DNA of 64,000 nucleotides from the human T2T-CHM13v2.0 reference genome, Homo sapiens: assembly GCF_009914755.1 (NCBI RefSeq), contig NC_060931.1. One strand, 5' to 3'. Made by a program: the position numbers and the translations under genes. Positions 25,091-38,461 of this stretch are shown one piece after another. Numbering within the stretch: position 1 is the first letter of the stretch; every line of letters starts with the position of its first letter. The notes beneath the pieces are model-generated. The model was not told the origin of the DNA, searched no databases, and worked only from the letters and a program-made list of their open reading frames with translations.

Positions 25091-26536
25091 TAAATGGAAT
25101 CATACAGTGCATTGGTTTTGTGACTGGCATCTCTCACTTGGCAGGGCTTTTTCGTGGCTCATCCACGTTATAAAATGTGTCAGAACTTCCTTCCTTTTTA
25201 GGGATGAGAATTACACATACTACATTTTGTTCTTCCATTAGTCAGTGGGTGGACATTGGGGTTGTTTACGCTTTTGGCTATTGAGACTAATGCTGCTGTA
25301 AACATTCACATATAAATTTTTGTGTGGACATACGTTTTCATTTCTCATGGGTATATGCCTGAGAGGAGAATTGTAAGTTCATATGTCAAAAAGTGTTAAA
25401 CCATTTGAAGATTTTTCAGAGTGTTTTCCACAGTGACTGCATCATTTTACATTCTCATCACTAGTATCTGAGGGCTGTGATTACCACATCTACTCACCAA
25501 CACTTATTATTATGTGATTTTTTGATTTTAGCTATCCTAGTGGGTTTGAAATAGTTTTCTTATTGTGGTTTCAATTTGCATTTCCCTAATGACTAATGAT
25601 TTTGAACATCTTTTCATGTGCTTATTGCTCTTTTGTATGTCTTGTTTGAAGAAATGCTTGTTCATATTCTTTGTCCATTTTCAGTTGTGATATTTGTTTT
25701 TTATGTTATTAACTTATATTAGTTCTATATAAATTCTATGTACAAGTATTATATCAGGTATATTATTAGCAATTACTTTCTCCCGTTCTGTGGGCCTTCT
25801 TTTCACTTCCTTTTTTCCTTATTTAAAAGTATTTCATTCTCAAATAATGATTGAATCTATTTAAGGTGTATAACATGATGGTTTGATATATGTATATATT
25901 GTACGATGCTTACCACAATTAAATTATATCACCACCCATGCTGTACAGAGCCTCCCAGAACTTGCTGGTCTTATAACTGAAAGTTTGTACCCTTTGACTA
26001 ATATCTTCCCATTTCTTCTACTCCCTGAACCCTGACAATCACTAGTCTACTCTGCTTCCAAGAGGCCAACTTTTTAAGATTCTACATATAAGTGAGATCA
26101 TGTCGCGTTTGTCTTTTTTTGTCTGGGTTATTTCACTTAGCTTAATGTCCTTTAGGGTCATACATATTGTTGCAAATGGCAGCATTTCCTTTTTTGTAGA
26201 TGAATAATATTTCTTTGCATATATGTACCACAATTTCTTTATCTATTCATCAAATTATGGACACATAGATTGTTTCCATATATTGGTTATTGTGAATAAT
26301 GCTATAATGAACATGGGGGTTACAACTATCTCTTCAAGATACTGATTTCATTTCCTTTAGATATATACCCCAAAGTAGAATTGATAGATCATATGGTAGT
26401 TCTATTTTTTGTTTTATGAGGAGTTCTGGACTGTTTTCCATAATGACTGCACCAATTAACATTCCCACCAATAGTGTACAAAGGACATCCTTTGTCCACA
26501 TGCTCACCAAAACATTACCTCTTCTCTTTTTGATAA

Positions 26537-27957
26537 TGAGAGGTGACAGCGTGCTGGCAGTCCTCAGAGCCCTCGCTTGCTCTCGGCACCTCCTCTGCCT
26601 GGGCTCCCACTTTGGCGGCACTTGAGGAGCCCTCCAGCCCACCACTGCACTGTGGGAGCCCCTTTCTGGGCTGGCCAAGGCTGGAGCCCAGTCCCTCAGC
26701 TTGCAGGGAGGTGTGGAGGGAGAGGCGCGAGCGGGAACCGGGGCTGACTGCAGCACTTGCGGGCCAGCTGGAGTTCCGGGTGGGCGTGGGCTTGGCGGGC
26801 CCCGCACTCGGAGCAGCCGGCCGGCCCTGCCGGCCCCGGGCAATGAGGGGCTTAGCACCCGGGCCAGCGGCTGCGGAGGGTGTACTGGGTTCCCCAGCAG
26901 TGCCGGCCCACTGGCACTGTGCTCGATTTCTTGCCGGGCCTTAGCTGCCTTCCCGCGGGGCAGGGCTCGGGACCTGCAGCCTGCCATGCCTGAGCCTTCC
27001 CCCGCCTCCGTGGGCTCCTGTGCGGCCCGAGCCTCCCCGACGAGCACCACCTCCTGCTCCACGGCGCCTAGTCCCATCGACCACCCAAGGGCTGAGGAAT
27101 GCGGGCACACGGCGCAGGACTGGCAGGTGGCTCCACCTGCAGCCCCAGTGCGGGATCCACTGGGTGAAGCCAGCTGCGCTCCTGAGTCTGGTGGGGACCG
27201 GGTGGAGAGTCTTTATGTCTAGCTCAGGGACTGTAAATACACCAATCAGCACCCTGTGTTTAGCTCAAGGTTTGTGAGTGCACCAGTCGACACTCTGTAT
27301 CTAGCTGCTCTGGTGGGGCCTTGGAGAACCTTTATGTCTAGCTCAGGGATTGTAAATACACCAATCGGCACTCTGTATCTAGCTCAAGGTTTGTAAACAC
27401 ACCAATCAGCACCCTGTGTTTAGCTCAAGGTTTGTGAGTGCACCAATCGATACTCTGTATCTAGCTGCTCTGGTGGGGCCTTGGAGAACCTGTGTGTCGA
27501 AACTCTGTATCTAACTAATCTGATGGGGACGTGGAGAACCTTTGTATCTAGCTCAGGGATTGTAAATGCACCAATCAGCACCCTGACAAAACAGGCCACT
27601 CGGCTCTACCAATCAGCAGGATGTGGGTAGGACCAGATAAGAGAATAAAAGCAGGCTGCCCAAGCCAGCATTGGCAACCCGTTCGGGTCCCCTTCCACGG
27701 TGTGGAAGGTTTGTTCTTTCGCTCTTTGCAATAAATCTTGCTACTGCTTACTCTTTGGGTCCACGCTGCTTTTATGAGCTGTAACACTCACCGCGAAGAT
27801 CTGCAGCTTCACTCCTGAGCGCAGCGAGATCATGAACCCACCATGAGGAACGAACAACTCCAGACGCCCTGCTTTAAGAGCTGTAACACTCACCGCGAGG
27901 GTCTGCAGCTTCATTCTTGAAGTCAGTAAGACCAAGAACCCACCAATTCCGGACACA
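26537..27957 (+). mobile_element. LTR12C solo LTR (ERV9/HERV9)
   Basis: tgagaggtgacagcgtgctggcagtcc...ccaccaattccggacaca; 4-bp TSD ATAA (26533-26536, 27958-27961); CpG-rich U3 and tandem CCAAT repeats. Confidence 0.97.
27215..27735 (+). promoter_or_regulatory. LTR12C enhancer/promoter: CCAAT (NF-Y) repeats, GATAA, AATAAAA TATA-like box, poly(A) signal
   Basis: Six ccaatc copies between ~27242 and ~27614; gataa 27636-27640; aataaaa 27644-27650; aataaa 27730-27735. Confidence 0.75.
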
Positions 27958-28806
27958 ATAATAGCCATCCTAACAGGTGTAAGGCAATAGCTCACATGGT
28001 TGTGATTTGCATTTTTCTTGTAATTAGTGATGTTCAACAGTTTTTCATATACCTGTTGGCTACTTTTATGTTTTCTTAGAAAAAATGTCTATTCAGGTTA
28101 TTTGATCATTTTTAATTGGGCTATTATTATTACTTGCTTTTGAGTTGTTTGAGTTGCTTATATATTTTGGCTATTACTTATTATTAGATGCATGATCTGC
28201 AAATATTTTGTCCCATTCTATAGGTTGTCTTTTCATTTTGCTGACTATTTCATTTGTTATGCAGAAAATTTCAGTTTGGTGCAGTCCCACTTATTTATTT
28301 TTGTTTTTGTTGCTTGTGTTTTGGTTCATATCTAAAAAGTTATTGCAAAGAGTAATGTCAAGAAGATTTTTCCCTAATTTTTCCTCTAAGAGTTTTATAA
28401 TTCCAGATCTTACGTCTTTTTAGTTTAGTAATGCCCTATTAAAAACACATTTTAAAAAATTTTGATGAAGTCTGATTTATCTATTTTTTTCCTCTTGCTC
28501 TTGGATTCGTGCCATACCTAAAAATCAGTTGCCAAATACAAAGTTATAAAATGTACTATACGTTTCATTCTAAGAGTTATTGTTTTAGCTCTCACATGTA
28601 AGGTGTTGATACATTTTTAGTTAATTTTTGTATATGGTGTGAGAAAAGAATTGACTTCGTCCTTTCCAATATGGCTATCCAGTTGTCCCAGAACCAGTTG
28701 TTGAAAAGACTTATTCTTTCCTCATTGATAGGTGTTAGCATCCTTCTCAAAAATCATTTGACCATCCAGGTATGCGTTTATCTCTAGACTCTCAATTCTG
28801 TTCGAT

Positions 28807-28870
28807 ATGTATGTGTGCACATGCGTGTGTGTATGTACGTATGCGTGTGTGTGTGTGTGGTTGTGTGTAC
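28807..28870. repeat. (TG)n-rich microsatellite
   Basis: Imperfect TG run inside L1. Confidence 0.85.
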
Positions 28871-31316
28871 ATGTCAGTTTGAGCCGCCTACTTGTTCTTC
28901 TTTTTCAAGATTGTTTTGGCTTTTCTGGGTTCCTTCCAAATTCACATGAATTTTTATATTCTATTTGTCAATTTCTACAAAACATAAGCTGGAATTCTAA
29001 TATGAATTGAGTTGTAACTGTAGATCAATTTGGAGAGTATTACCATCTTAATAATATTAAGCTTTCTGAAGTATAGGATATTTTTACATTTACTTAGATC
29101 CCTTTAATTATGCTCAACAAGTCTTTTATAGTTTTTAAAGTACATTTTATACCTTTTGTTACATTTATTCCTAAGTATTTTATTATCTTTTGAAGCTATT
29201 GTAAATGAGATTTGTTTCTTCTTAGTTTCATTTTTATGTTATTTGTTGCTGCTGTATAGAAACATAACTGATTTTTAATATTGATCTTTTATCTCGCAAC
29301 CTTCATGATCATGTCTGTTAGTTCTAGTAACTTGTTTTAGTGTGTTCCTTAGGATATTTTACATGCAATATCAGGTCATCTATGAATAGAAATAGTTGCA
29401 CTTCTTCCTTTCCAATTGGAACATTTATTTTATTTTACTTGCTTAATGCCTTGACTAGAACATCTAGTACAAGGCTGAGTAGAAGTGGCAAGAGCAGGCA
29501 TTCTTGTTTTGTTCTTCATTATAAGGAAAAAGCATCCAGTCTTTTTACCATTAAGTACAATGTTACTGGGGTGTTTCATGATACCCTATAAAGTTGAGGA
29601 AATTTCCTTCTGTTCCTATTTTGTTGCACATTTTATCATGAAATGGTGTTGCAATTTGTCAAATGTCCTTTTTGCAGCGATAGAGATAATAAGTTTGGTA
29701 TTTATTCTATTGATATGCTATAATATATTAATTAATTTTTGGCTGTTAAACAAAATTTGCCTCCTAGGATGAATCCCACTTGGCCAAGATATATAATTAT
29801 TTCAACATGCTGATCAATTAGGTTTGCAAGTAATTTGTGAAGCATTTATTTGCATTCAAATTCATAAGCGATATTTGTCAGTAGTATTCTTTTTGTGAGA
29901 AATTTGTCTCATTTAGTATATGAGTAATATTGGCATCATATAATAAATTGGCATGTTTTCTCTTATCTCCATTTTTTGGTAATGTTTTGTAAAGCATGGG
30001 TATTAATTCTTTTTTAAATGATTGGTAGAATTCAGTTGTTAAGCAATCTATGTCTGGGCTTTTTTGTGGGTAATTTTTGGATCACTAATTTAATCTCGTC
30101 TTGTAATGGGTCTATTCACAATGTATATTTCTTCTTGAGTCATTAGTTTTTGCTTTTCTGGACATTTATCCATTTCAACTAAGTGACTTAATTTGCTGGC
30201 ATGCAATTGTTCTTAGTATTGTTATAACCCTTTCTGGTTTTGTAAGGTCTCCAGCAATGTCCTTCTTTCATTTCTTTGATTCCAGTAATTTGAATCTTCT
30301 CTATGTTTATTTTCTTGGTTGGCCTATGTAAATGGTTTGCCAATTTTGTTAATAATCTCAATAACTTCCTTAAGCATTTCATGTAAGGTGGGTCTGAAGA
30401 CCACAAATTCTGTAGTTTTCATTTATTTGGAAATCTCTATATTTTACATTTATTTTAAAAACAAACATCCTATTGATATAATAAAATATATTAACTGATA
30501 ACTTTGCTGGGTGTAGGATTTTTGGTTGACATTATTTTATTTGAGCACTTTGAATATATTATACTACTACATTCTAGTTCTACAATTTCTGATGACTAAT
30601 GAGTTATTAACTTAATTGGGATTCTTTTTTAAATAATAAGTTATGTTTTTCTTCCTGATATAAATATTTTCTCCTTGTCTTTAACTTTCAACATTTTTTA
30701 AATGTATCTGTTTGAAGATCTATTTGTATTTCCTACTTGGAGTTTGTTTGGTTTCCTGGATGTGTGGGTTAATAACTTTTAATAAAATTGGGAAGTTTTT
30801 AGCATTGATTTTTTTAAAAATAATTTTTTATCTCCCTTTTTTCTGATATTCCCTTTATGTGTATATTTGTATGCTTAATGGTATCCTATATTTCTTTGAG
30901 GCTTTGTTTATTTCTCTTTAGTATTTTTCTTCTGTGATCCAGATTGCATTCTCTATTACTCTGCAAGTTTGTAGGGCTCTCTGGCAGGACCTTCTTTGTT
31001 TCCTTTGCTGACCACACCTTAATTTTAAGCTCCACCAGTTTTTGGTGGATTACTCTATTGCTTTTAACAATGCCCAGTGGCATATATTGCTCTACAGGTT
31101 AATACATTCGAAATTGATATCCTTTGAATGAACAGTTCTGACGTATGTTTGACATTTGTTTTGACTTCCAGAGAGCTTCTTTTAACTCTCTTTCCCTGAT
31201 TCCCTTTAGAAAACTACACAGTGTGTAGTGTAACCTCTATCTTCATTGAATCTACCAATTTCTTCTATTGGCATTCCACTATAATCTCCACTAACTTTGA
31301 GAATGCTCTTAGACTT

Positions 31317-31653
<337 letters not shown>

Positions 31654-32504
31654 TCAGTGGCAAATAAAGTTCCTTTCTTGGGAAAGGATTGAGAACTATC
31701 TGTTTCACAGTTTATTTCTCCTCCCAGGCAAATTCTCCTCTGGAAATGAGAGTGGGGACAATGGCAAACTTCTCTTAGTGTCATGCCCACATTAGGACCT
31801 GAGAGTTTTTTGGTGGTGTGGGGAGTAGTAGCCTGAGGTCTTCTCAGCTTGCCTCTCCAGACATTAACACCTCTGCCTCACCAGTCAGTGTTAGGACAAA
31901 TGGGGCCTAAGTGTTCTCAGTGGTAGTCATGTGAGATAGAGCCTCCATCTCACAAGTATGGGCTTGCCAGAAGAAGAGTCCTCTCACCTCTTGGGTGTAC
32001 TTGTTCAAACAGGCAGCTGGGGGAAGAATGAGAAATGTGAGTGTTCAGCTCCTCTGAATAGTCAACCCTGGAAGAGGAGCTGAGTGTTGGCTGCATCAGT
32101 CTGGAGTGAAGTTTTCATTTTACTGAGCTTGGAGGGCAGAGAGAGGGTACATACGTTCTTGCATCCAATATCATAGATCTTGCTCTTCTATGAAACTTTA
32201 AAAGATTTCTTGAATAGATGTTTCTTCATTTGCTGTATCACCTACGGACCATTTCCAGAGGCTTAACATTAAAAAAAAATAATAATTTTCACTAGTTTCA
32301 CTGGTGATCAGGTAAACAAAAATCTTTAAGCCATCATACTGAAAATCAAAATAATAATGATTTTGGTTTTTCCCTACATATATGTCACATGGATAACATT
32401 TTTTTATTTCTTTGCACGTATTGCTATTTTGTGTTGAGAATCATTTTACATATTGCAAATAGATATTAGCAATTTGGTTTTTTATGATTATCAAGTAGAT
32501 TTTT

Positions 32505-32792
32505 ATTTTCCTTTTTTTATTTTACTTTTTTTGTGTTGAATAGTTTTGGGGGAACAGATGTTTGGTTACATCAATAAGTTATTTAGCGGTGATTTCTGAG
32601 ATTTTCTGATGCACCTATCACTCGGTCAGTGTACACTGTACCCATTGTGTTGTCTTTTATCCTTCTCCTCCTCCCAGTCTTCCCCCTGAGTCCCCAGAGT
32701 CCATTATGTCATTCTTATGCCTTTGCATCCTCATAGCTTAGCTCCCACTTATCAGTGAGAACATACACTGTTTCGTTTTCTATTCCTGAGTT
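32505..32792 (-). mobile_element. L1PB1 3' end
   Basis: ttttgggggaacag...ggttacatcaataagtt...cctttgcatcctcatagcttagctcccactt. Confidence 0.85.
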
Positions 32793-33766
32793 AGCAGCTT
32801 TGGACTTTGTTTAGTAACTTGTTTAGGCTCTGTCTGAAATTTGTCTGTCTTACAAGTGCAGCCATCAATATATCTCTTCAGTCACTTTTTCTTCTTCTGC
32901 TTCTTTTTGTTTTTAGCCTGGCTTTCTAGAGGTTTCTATTTTCTCAGCCCAGCTTAGTGCTCAGCCAATGATTGGCAGAGTTTTCCTCAAACTCCTCGGG
33001 TCCAGCCTCCATCCTGACCTGTGATGCTTCTGCTGATCCTGATGATCCTCCATGTTGCTGGATTTGTGTGAGGGTGGGTGAGTGTGTGAGAATTGCAGGC
33101 CTTTCAAGTGTGCCCTGGCTTTTCTTTTTGGTGGGGCCTTTCTTCTCTATGTTTGCAGCCTCAGTGTTGCCTGGGATACGTGGACACTGTGAACCCTCTC
33201 TGGGCTCTGGAGTAAGACTAGTAAAATCATCGCTGTCTCCATTCAGAAGACACCCATATTTGATTTCCAGGCTGCTAAGTGATTGCGTTTGTCAATGCTA
33301 TATTCAGCTTTATTATTCTTCTTGGCAACTTTCTTCACTATAGGCAGAAATCCTGATCTTGATTCTATTTTGACTTGACTTTTGTATTTCTTTTTAAATT
33401 CTATAAAAGACTATTCATTTCTGTAAAGTGTTATTAATCTATGCATATAAATGTGCATGCCTTTCTGATATAAAGTCATTATTTGAATGTTATTATATAA
33501 AACTTACATTTAATAGGTTTTAAAATCTTTTTCTCAGTATTGGTTATATTTTGCAGTCTTGAGGTTTGTTATCAGTATTTAAAAAATTATAATGATAATA
33601 ACAAATATCATAACAATGGAAATATATCAATCATGTGCACCTAACGTCAATTTAAAAATATGTAATGAGAAGTGATATTACATACAGACAACATTTGCAT
33701 AAGAGATGATACGGTATCAATTTCACAAATAAACTTTATTTTAATAAAGACTGAAATTATTTGATA

Positions 33767-34305
33767 TTGCCTTAGTTTTCTATTGTTGCTGCAATGAATT
33801 ACCACAAACTTAAGCTGTCTGAAATGATGCAAATTTATTTTGTTGTATTTCTGTATGTCAGAAATCTGGATAGGTGCAGCTGATTTCTCTGCTGGAGATA
33901 GGTGCAGCTGATCTTCCAAGGCTGGAGTCTGGGTGCCAGCAGGGCTGCATTTCTTTAGAGACTCTGGATAAAATCTGCTTCCCTGTGAATGAGGCTATTG
34001 GCAGAACTTGGGTTCTTGTCTTTGCAGGATGAGGGTTTTTGGCCCCCTGCATTCTCAGGCCAACAGGCTGTGTCAAGTCATTGGGTTTCAAATTTTTGAC
34101 TTCTTGTTCTGCCATGTCTATTCCATCTCTAGCTGGAGAAAGTTCACTTTTAGGGGTTGATGTGATTGGGTCCACCTGGATACTTTTGGCTACTCTATCT
34201 GTCTTAAAATAGCCTTAATCCTGCCTGCAAAGTTCTTTTTTTCTGTGTAATGTAGCACATGCTCAGATTCCAGAAATTAGGGCATTAACTCCACTGAGGA
34301 GGGCT
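33767..34305 (-). mobile_element. MLT1E-type LTR
   Basis: ttagttttctattgttgctgcaatgaattaccacaaactt...; internal 16-bp repeat gataggtgcagctgat. Confidence 0.7.
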
Positions 34306-34610
34306 GAGATCATGTGTGATCAAGGACACATAGCTGATCACCTCCAAATCAAGAACTCAAGCCCAGGGCTTTCTGTTTCCAAGACAATTGTGTTGCATTG
34401 TTATTGTCAGTTTTACATGCATTTGTGTTACTATTTTCTTATATTTATCTTTAAATATCTTTTTGTTTGCAGAACCTTAAATATTCCATTTTTATCTTTT
34501 TTATAAATACAAACCCCTTGCACTAGTGAAAATTTAAAAATTATAGAAATGTTTTATTAAAATATGGAAATGATAGGTAATCCTACAATGAGATTACCAG
34601 AGTGAAGATT

Positions 34611-34932
34611 TGTGTGTATGGGTGTATGTGTGTGCGTGTGTGTGTGTATATATATGTGTACATGTATGTGTGTACATGTATATATGTGTATATATACGTA
34701 TATGTGTATATATACATATACGTATATGTGTGTATATATACATATACGTATATGTGTGTATATATACATATACGTATATGTGTGTATATATACATATACG
34801 TATATGTGTGTATATATACATATACGTATATGTGTGTATATATACATATACACATATACATATATACACATGTATATATATACACACACATATGTGTGTG
34901 TATATATACGCATATGTGTGTGTATATATATA
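34611..34932. repeat. Alternating purine-pyrimidine minisatellite with 26-bp core unit
   Basis: tatatacatatacgtatatgtgtgta repeated about 5 times within a TG/TA/CA tract. Confidence 0.95.
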
Positions 34933-35012
34933 TTTCCAATGCTTCTATATGTGTAAATACAAATATACTTGCATCAAATTTTAGGTTAATATAACCTTAG
35001 TTATAAATTAAT

Positions 35013-35305
35013 TTTTTTTTTTTGAGACAAAGCCTTGCTCTGTTGCCCAGGCTGGAGTGCAGTGGCACAAACTTGGCTCACTGCAACCTGCACCTCCTGG
35101 GTTCAAGTGATTGTCATGCCTCAGCCTCCTGAGTAGATGGGATTACAGGCATGCACCACCATGCCCAACTAATTTTTGTATTTTTAGTAGTGATGAAGTT
35201 TTGCCATGTTGGCCAGGCTGGTCTCGAACTCCTGGCCTCCAGTGACCTGCCTGCCTCAGCCTCCCAAAGTGTTGGGATTATAGCCCTGAGCCGTCATGCT
35301 TGGCC
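35013..35305 (-). mobile_element. Alu (old S or J)
   Basis: Poly(T) followed by a full antisense Alu dimer. Confidence 0.94.
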
Positions 35306-35811
35306 AATATTATTACATTAATTTGTGTTTTCCTTAAATGTATTTCAAAAATGTTGATTGTTTAGTAAACTTCACAGAAAACCCACACCATTTTTGTCAA
35401 CCATTTTCTTAGTTTGATTATTTGGGCTATTTCAAAATGTTTTCTATTTTATAAAAATTACAATAAATACTGTTGTAAAGAAAAAACACTTTCTTTTCCT
35501 ATGAAGAACAATTGTCTGGATTCTTTAACAATGAAAACAAGAATGAATAACTTAAAATTCTGCTAAAGTTGGCAAAGTATGGTAAACTGGATTGTTCCAT
35601 CATGTCGGACTATTTTCTTTGGGTGGAGTAGGAGTTGTGAAAGTGTTTGAACAGTTTCGAAGTGTTTCCCAGGTACTCCCAATTCACCACCCATACAAGT
35701 CATAACCAGGTTAATCCTTACCAGCTGGAATATATTGTACTTATTTCTAGTTGCTTTGAGGAAACAATATTTTTTATAAATTCTAGGAATTAAATCTATT
35801 AAATTGTTAGA

Positions 35812-36136
35812 TTTTTTCTTTTTGTTTTTTGTTTTGTTTTATTTTGTTTTTTGTTTTTGTGGGGTTTTTTTTCCCTTGCCCAGGCTAGAGTTCAGTGGCA
35901 CAATCTCGACTCACTGCAACCTCCACCTCTTGGGTTCCAGTGATTCTCCTGCTTCAGCCTCCTGAGTAGCTGGTACTACAGGCACCCACCACTACACCCA
36001 GTTAATTTTTGTATTTTTTAGTAGAGACAGGGTGTCACCATACTGGTCAGGCTGGTCTGGAACTCCTGACCTCGTGATCTGCCCGCCTCGGCCTCCCAAG
36101 GTGCTGGGATTACAGGCATGAGCCACTGCGCCCGGC
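35812..36136 (-). mobile_element. AluS, missing ~20 nt next to the tail
   Basis: T-rich tail joins directly to cttgcccaggctagag; ends gagccactgcgcccggc. Confidence 0.92.
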
Positions 36137-36239
36137 AAGTTTTTTCTTTTTAGCTTCAAATCCACGTGCAATTTTAATAGCTGCTCTGCATTCCTGAGCT
36201 TCTTCATCTCTAAAACTCCAGTGCTCGGGCAGACTCTAG

Positions 36240-36602
36240 CAAGGCAGAGATCCGCAGGGCAGACCAGAAGGTCTAAAGTCCTCATGTGAGTTTATGTTGC
36301 AGTCATGAGTTCAGATTTCACAGGGCAGGCCAGACAGGCTGGAAACTCAAGCAGGATTTCTATGTTACAGTCTTGAGGCTGAAATTCTTGTTCTTTGGGA
36401 AACCTCAGGCTTTTGTCTTAAGGCCTTCCACTGACTGGATGAGGCCCACCCGCGTTATGGAGAGTAGACGGTTTTATGTTAAGTCCACTGATTTAAGTGC
36501 TAATCATGTCTAAAAAATACCTCCACAGCAACAATTAGACCAGTATTGACCAAAAACTGAGCACCATAGTCTAGCCAAAGTGACACAAAATCCACCATCA
36601 CA
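36240..36602 (-). mobile_element. MLT2D-type LTR (ERVL)
   Basis: caggctggaaactcaagcagg...aaggccttccactgactggatgaggcccaccc...ctagccaaagtgacacaaaatccaccatcaca. Confidence 0.82.
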
Positions 36603-36885
36603 GTGATTTTTCTTTTTTCTGAACGCATTTAGGACTCCAGTTGTCTTTCATTCAGTAATTGTCAATTCCATTGATTCCTAGCTATGGGTCTCTTGCGTAA
36701 TTAGACTATTTCAGGAATTGGCTCCTGCATGACAGCTAGATGAGAGGACATGAGTCACATGTGTCTGTACTCCTGATGGTAAGGGTCAGTGACTACACAC
36801 TTCCCCAATGTGTACCACTGCACTTAATCAGAAACCATCAGATGGTCCCTGTTGCTTAATAATTATTGATGTCCTTTATTATTTC

Positions 36886-37081
36886 TGTTCACCAAACTGT
36901 GGCCTACAAGTCAAATCTCATCTCTTTTCGTAAATAAATTTCCATTAGAACGTATCACAGCAATTCATTTCACAGTTATGCTTATAACTTTAGTGTTGAT
37001 TCATGGCAAAGAGACCACATGGTCTACAAAGCCAAAAATATTTACTATCTGTGCCTTTGCAAGAGAAGTTTGCCAACTCTG
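36886..37081. mobile_element. MER58A (hAT-Charlie MITE)
   Basis: caaactgtggcctacaagtcaaatc...aaatatttactatctgtgcctttgcaagagaagtttgccaactctg. Confidence 0.78.
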
Positions 37082-37099
37082 TTGTACACTGTAGCACTA

Positions 37100-37525
37100 A
37101 TCCCTTATTTCAGGACTCTGCTTCATAAACACACTCCAACCTTTACCTTCCCACATTTGCCCTTTCCCTCATAGTTTCCACTGCAGGGATGTCTTTTCCC
37201 TCCTCCTGTGTTGGAGAATAAAAGGCTACTTTTTATCAGTTTCTATGTCAAGTAACATCTCAATCCCAAATGCCTTTCCTAATGTCTCTAGATATAAACT
37301 GATCTTTTTAAATCATCATTTTACCAATGGCTCTTTACATGTATCTATTTTTGTCATATATATCATGACTTTACGATTATTATGGTTCCATTTGTCTCAT
37401 TTTCCCCTTCTTAATGGTATACTTTGCAAAATGCAGTATTCTCACCTTACTATTTAATATAGTTTCCAGGCTTTCTGAGTACCTTGCAAATTGTAAGTAA
37501 CCAAAACCAATTTATTGCATTGAAT
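37100..37525 (+). mobile_element. L2 fragment
   Basis: Degenerate L2 3' text (cacatttgccc...gatgtcttttccc...tcaatcccaaatgcc). Confidence 0.45.
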
Positions 37526-37950
37526 TAAACTATGTTAAACTGTATTGAGTTAAATTTTGTATGTGTTAGTAATTTTCTTGCTCCCTTTTTTTAAAAAAAA
37601 ACTTTTATATAGACAATGGGAAAGCATTGTCCTCATTTAAAGTACAAATTAAGAAACGTTTTTCTGTAAACAGAAAGTAAATATTTTGGAATTTGCATAC
37701 CGTAAAGTCTTAATGTCTCTGTCACATATTCTATTTTTATTTATTTTTAACTTTAAAATGTTTCCAAAAATTCTCAAGTCATGAAGAGTACAAAAAAAGA
37801 TTATAGGATTCTGTTCAGGATTTGGCCTGTTTGGAAGCAAAACTTTATGTCCTTCCTTCCCATGGGCATCCAGTGTTGAGAACCACTACTGCAGAAGGGT
37901 GGCCCCAAGACCAAAGAACAAAATTTAGTAGTTGAAAAGTGGTGTGTCTA

Positions 37951-38461
37951 CAACAGAAGTAAAATGTTGCTTTGTACCTGGTGTCTTTTATTAAGAATTT
38001 ACTCCCCCCATTTCTCACAGAGAATAACAGTCAGGAGTCATTGTCACAATATAATAGAAATGTTAGCAACCAGATTCATGTAAGGACTAAGTGGTCCTCA
38101 TGAATTGCATTAAGACTGTATTGCTCATATTACACTCCATCCTCTCTGTAGTTTGCTGGGTAGCGGAGGGGGTAAGCTAAATCATAGTTTCTGACAATAA
38201 CTGGGAAGGCTTTTTCTTAAGTAACAATGGAATTGGTTTAATTGGGATTGAAAACTAAAACTTGGAACTAAGATAGAGAAGATGTAGTGTGTGTAGAAGG
38301 GCTGTTAAAAATGTAAAACTTGGTTGCATTATTTGTGGAGGCTCAAACTTGTGAAGGCTAAATACCATAATTTTTCCATTTGTTCTGCATTTTGATTCTG
38401 AAAAGAAAGCTGGCTTTGCCCATTTCTTACTAAAAAAACTTGTAAATCCAAAAAAAAAAAA
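37951..38461 (+). pseudogene. 5'-truncated processed retrocopy of an mRNA 3'UTR (resembles HNRNPH3 3'UTR from memory, unverified)
   Basis: 16-bp TSD aaaagt(g/t)gtgtgtcta at 37935-37950 and 38458-38473; A12 run at 38450-38461; ACTAAA poly(A)-signal variant at 38429-38434; interior is not a recognisable TE and has no ORF. Confidence 0.85.

Larger units (their letters stand above)
25820..28420 (-). mobile_element. L1MA9-like 3' end, split by LTR12C
   Basis: tttaaggtgtataacatgatgg...ataactgaaagtttgtaccctttgac; ttttgataa|tagccatcctaacagg is contiguous across the LTR. Confidence 0.8.
24100..30360 (-). mobile_element. L1MB-type element hosting MLT1C, Tigger2, L1MA and LTR12C insertions
   Basis: 3'UTR at ~24110 (ttgagatacagttcatgtacc); collinear antisense L1 resumes after each insert (25091-25810, 28450-30360). 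Confidence 0.72.

Noticed and set aside
26334-27277. Longest ORFs (258, 173, 133 aa)
   Set aside because: They lie in the GC-rich LTR12C U3 and adjacent L1; overlapping open frames on both strands reflect scarce stop codons, not a gene
27215-27590. Regularly spaced ~40-bp repeats superficially like a CRISPR array
   Set aside because: These are the standard LTR12 U3 CCAAT repeats; no unique spacers, no cas genes, primate DNA
34557-34994. Six overlapping 97-130 aa Y/I/H/T/V/C-rich ORFs
   Set aside because: Translation of the RY minisatellite
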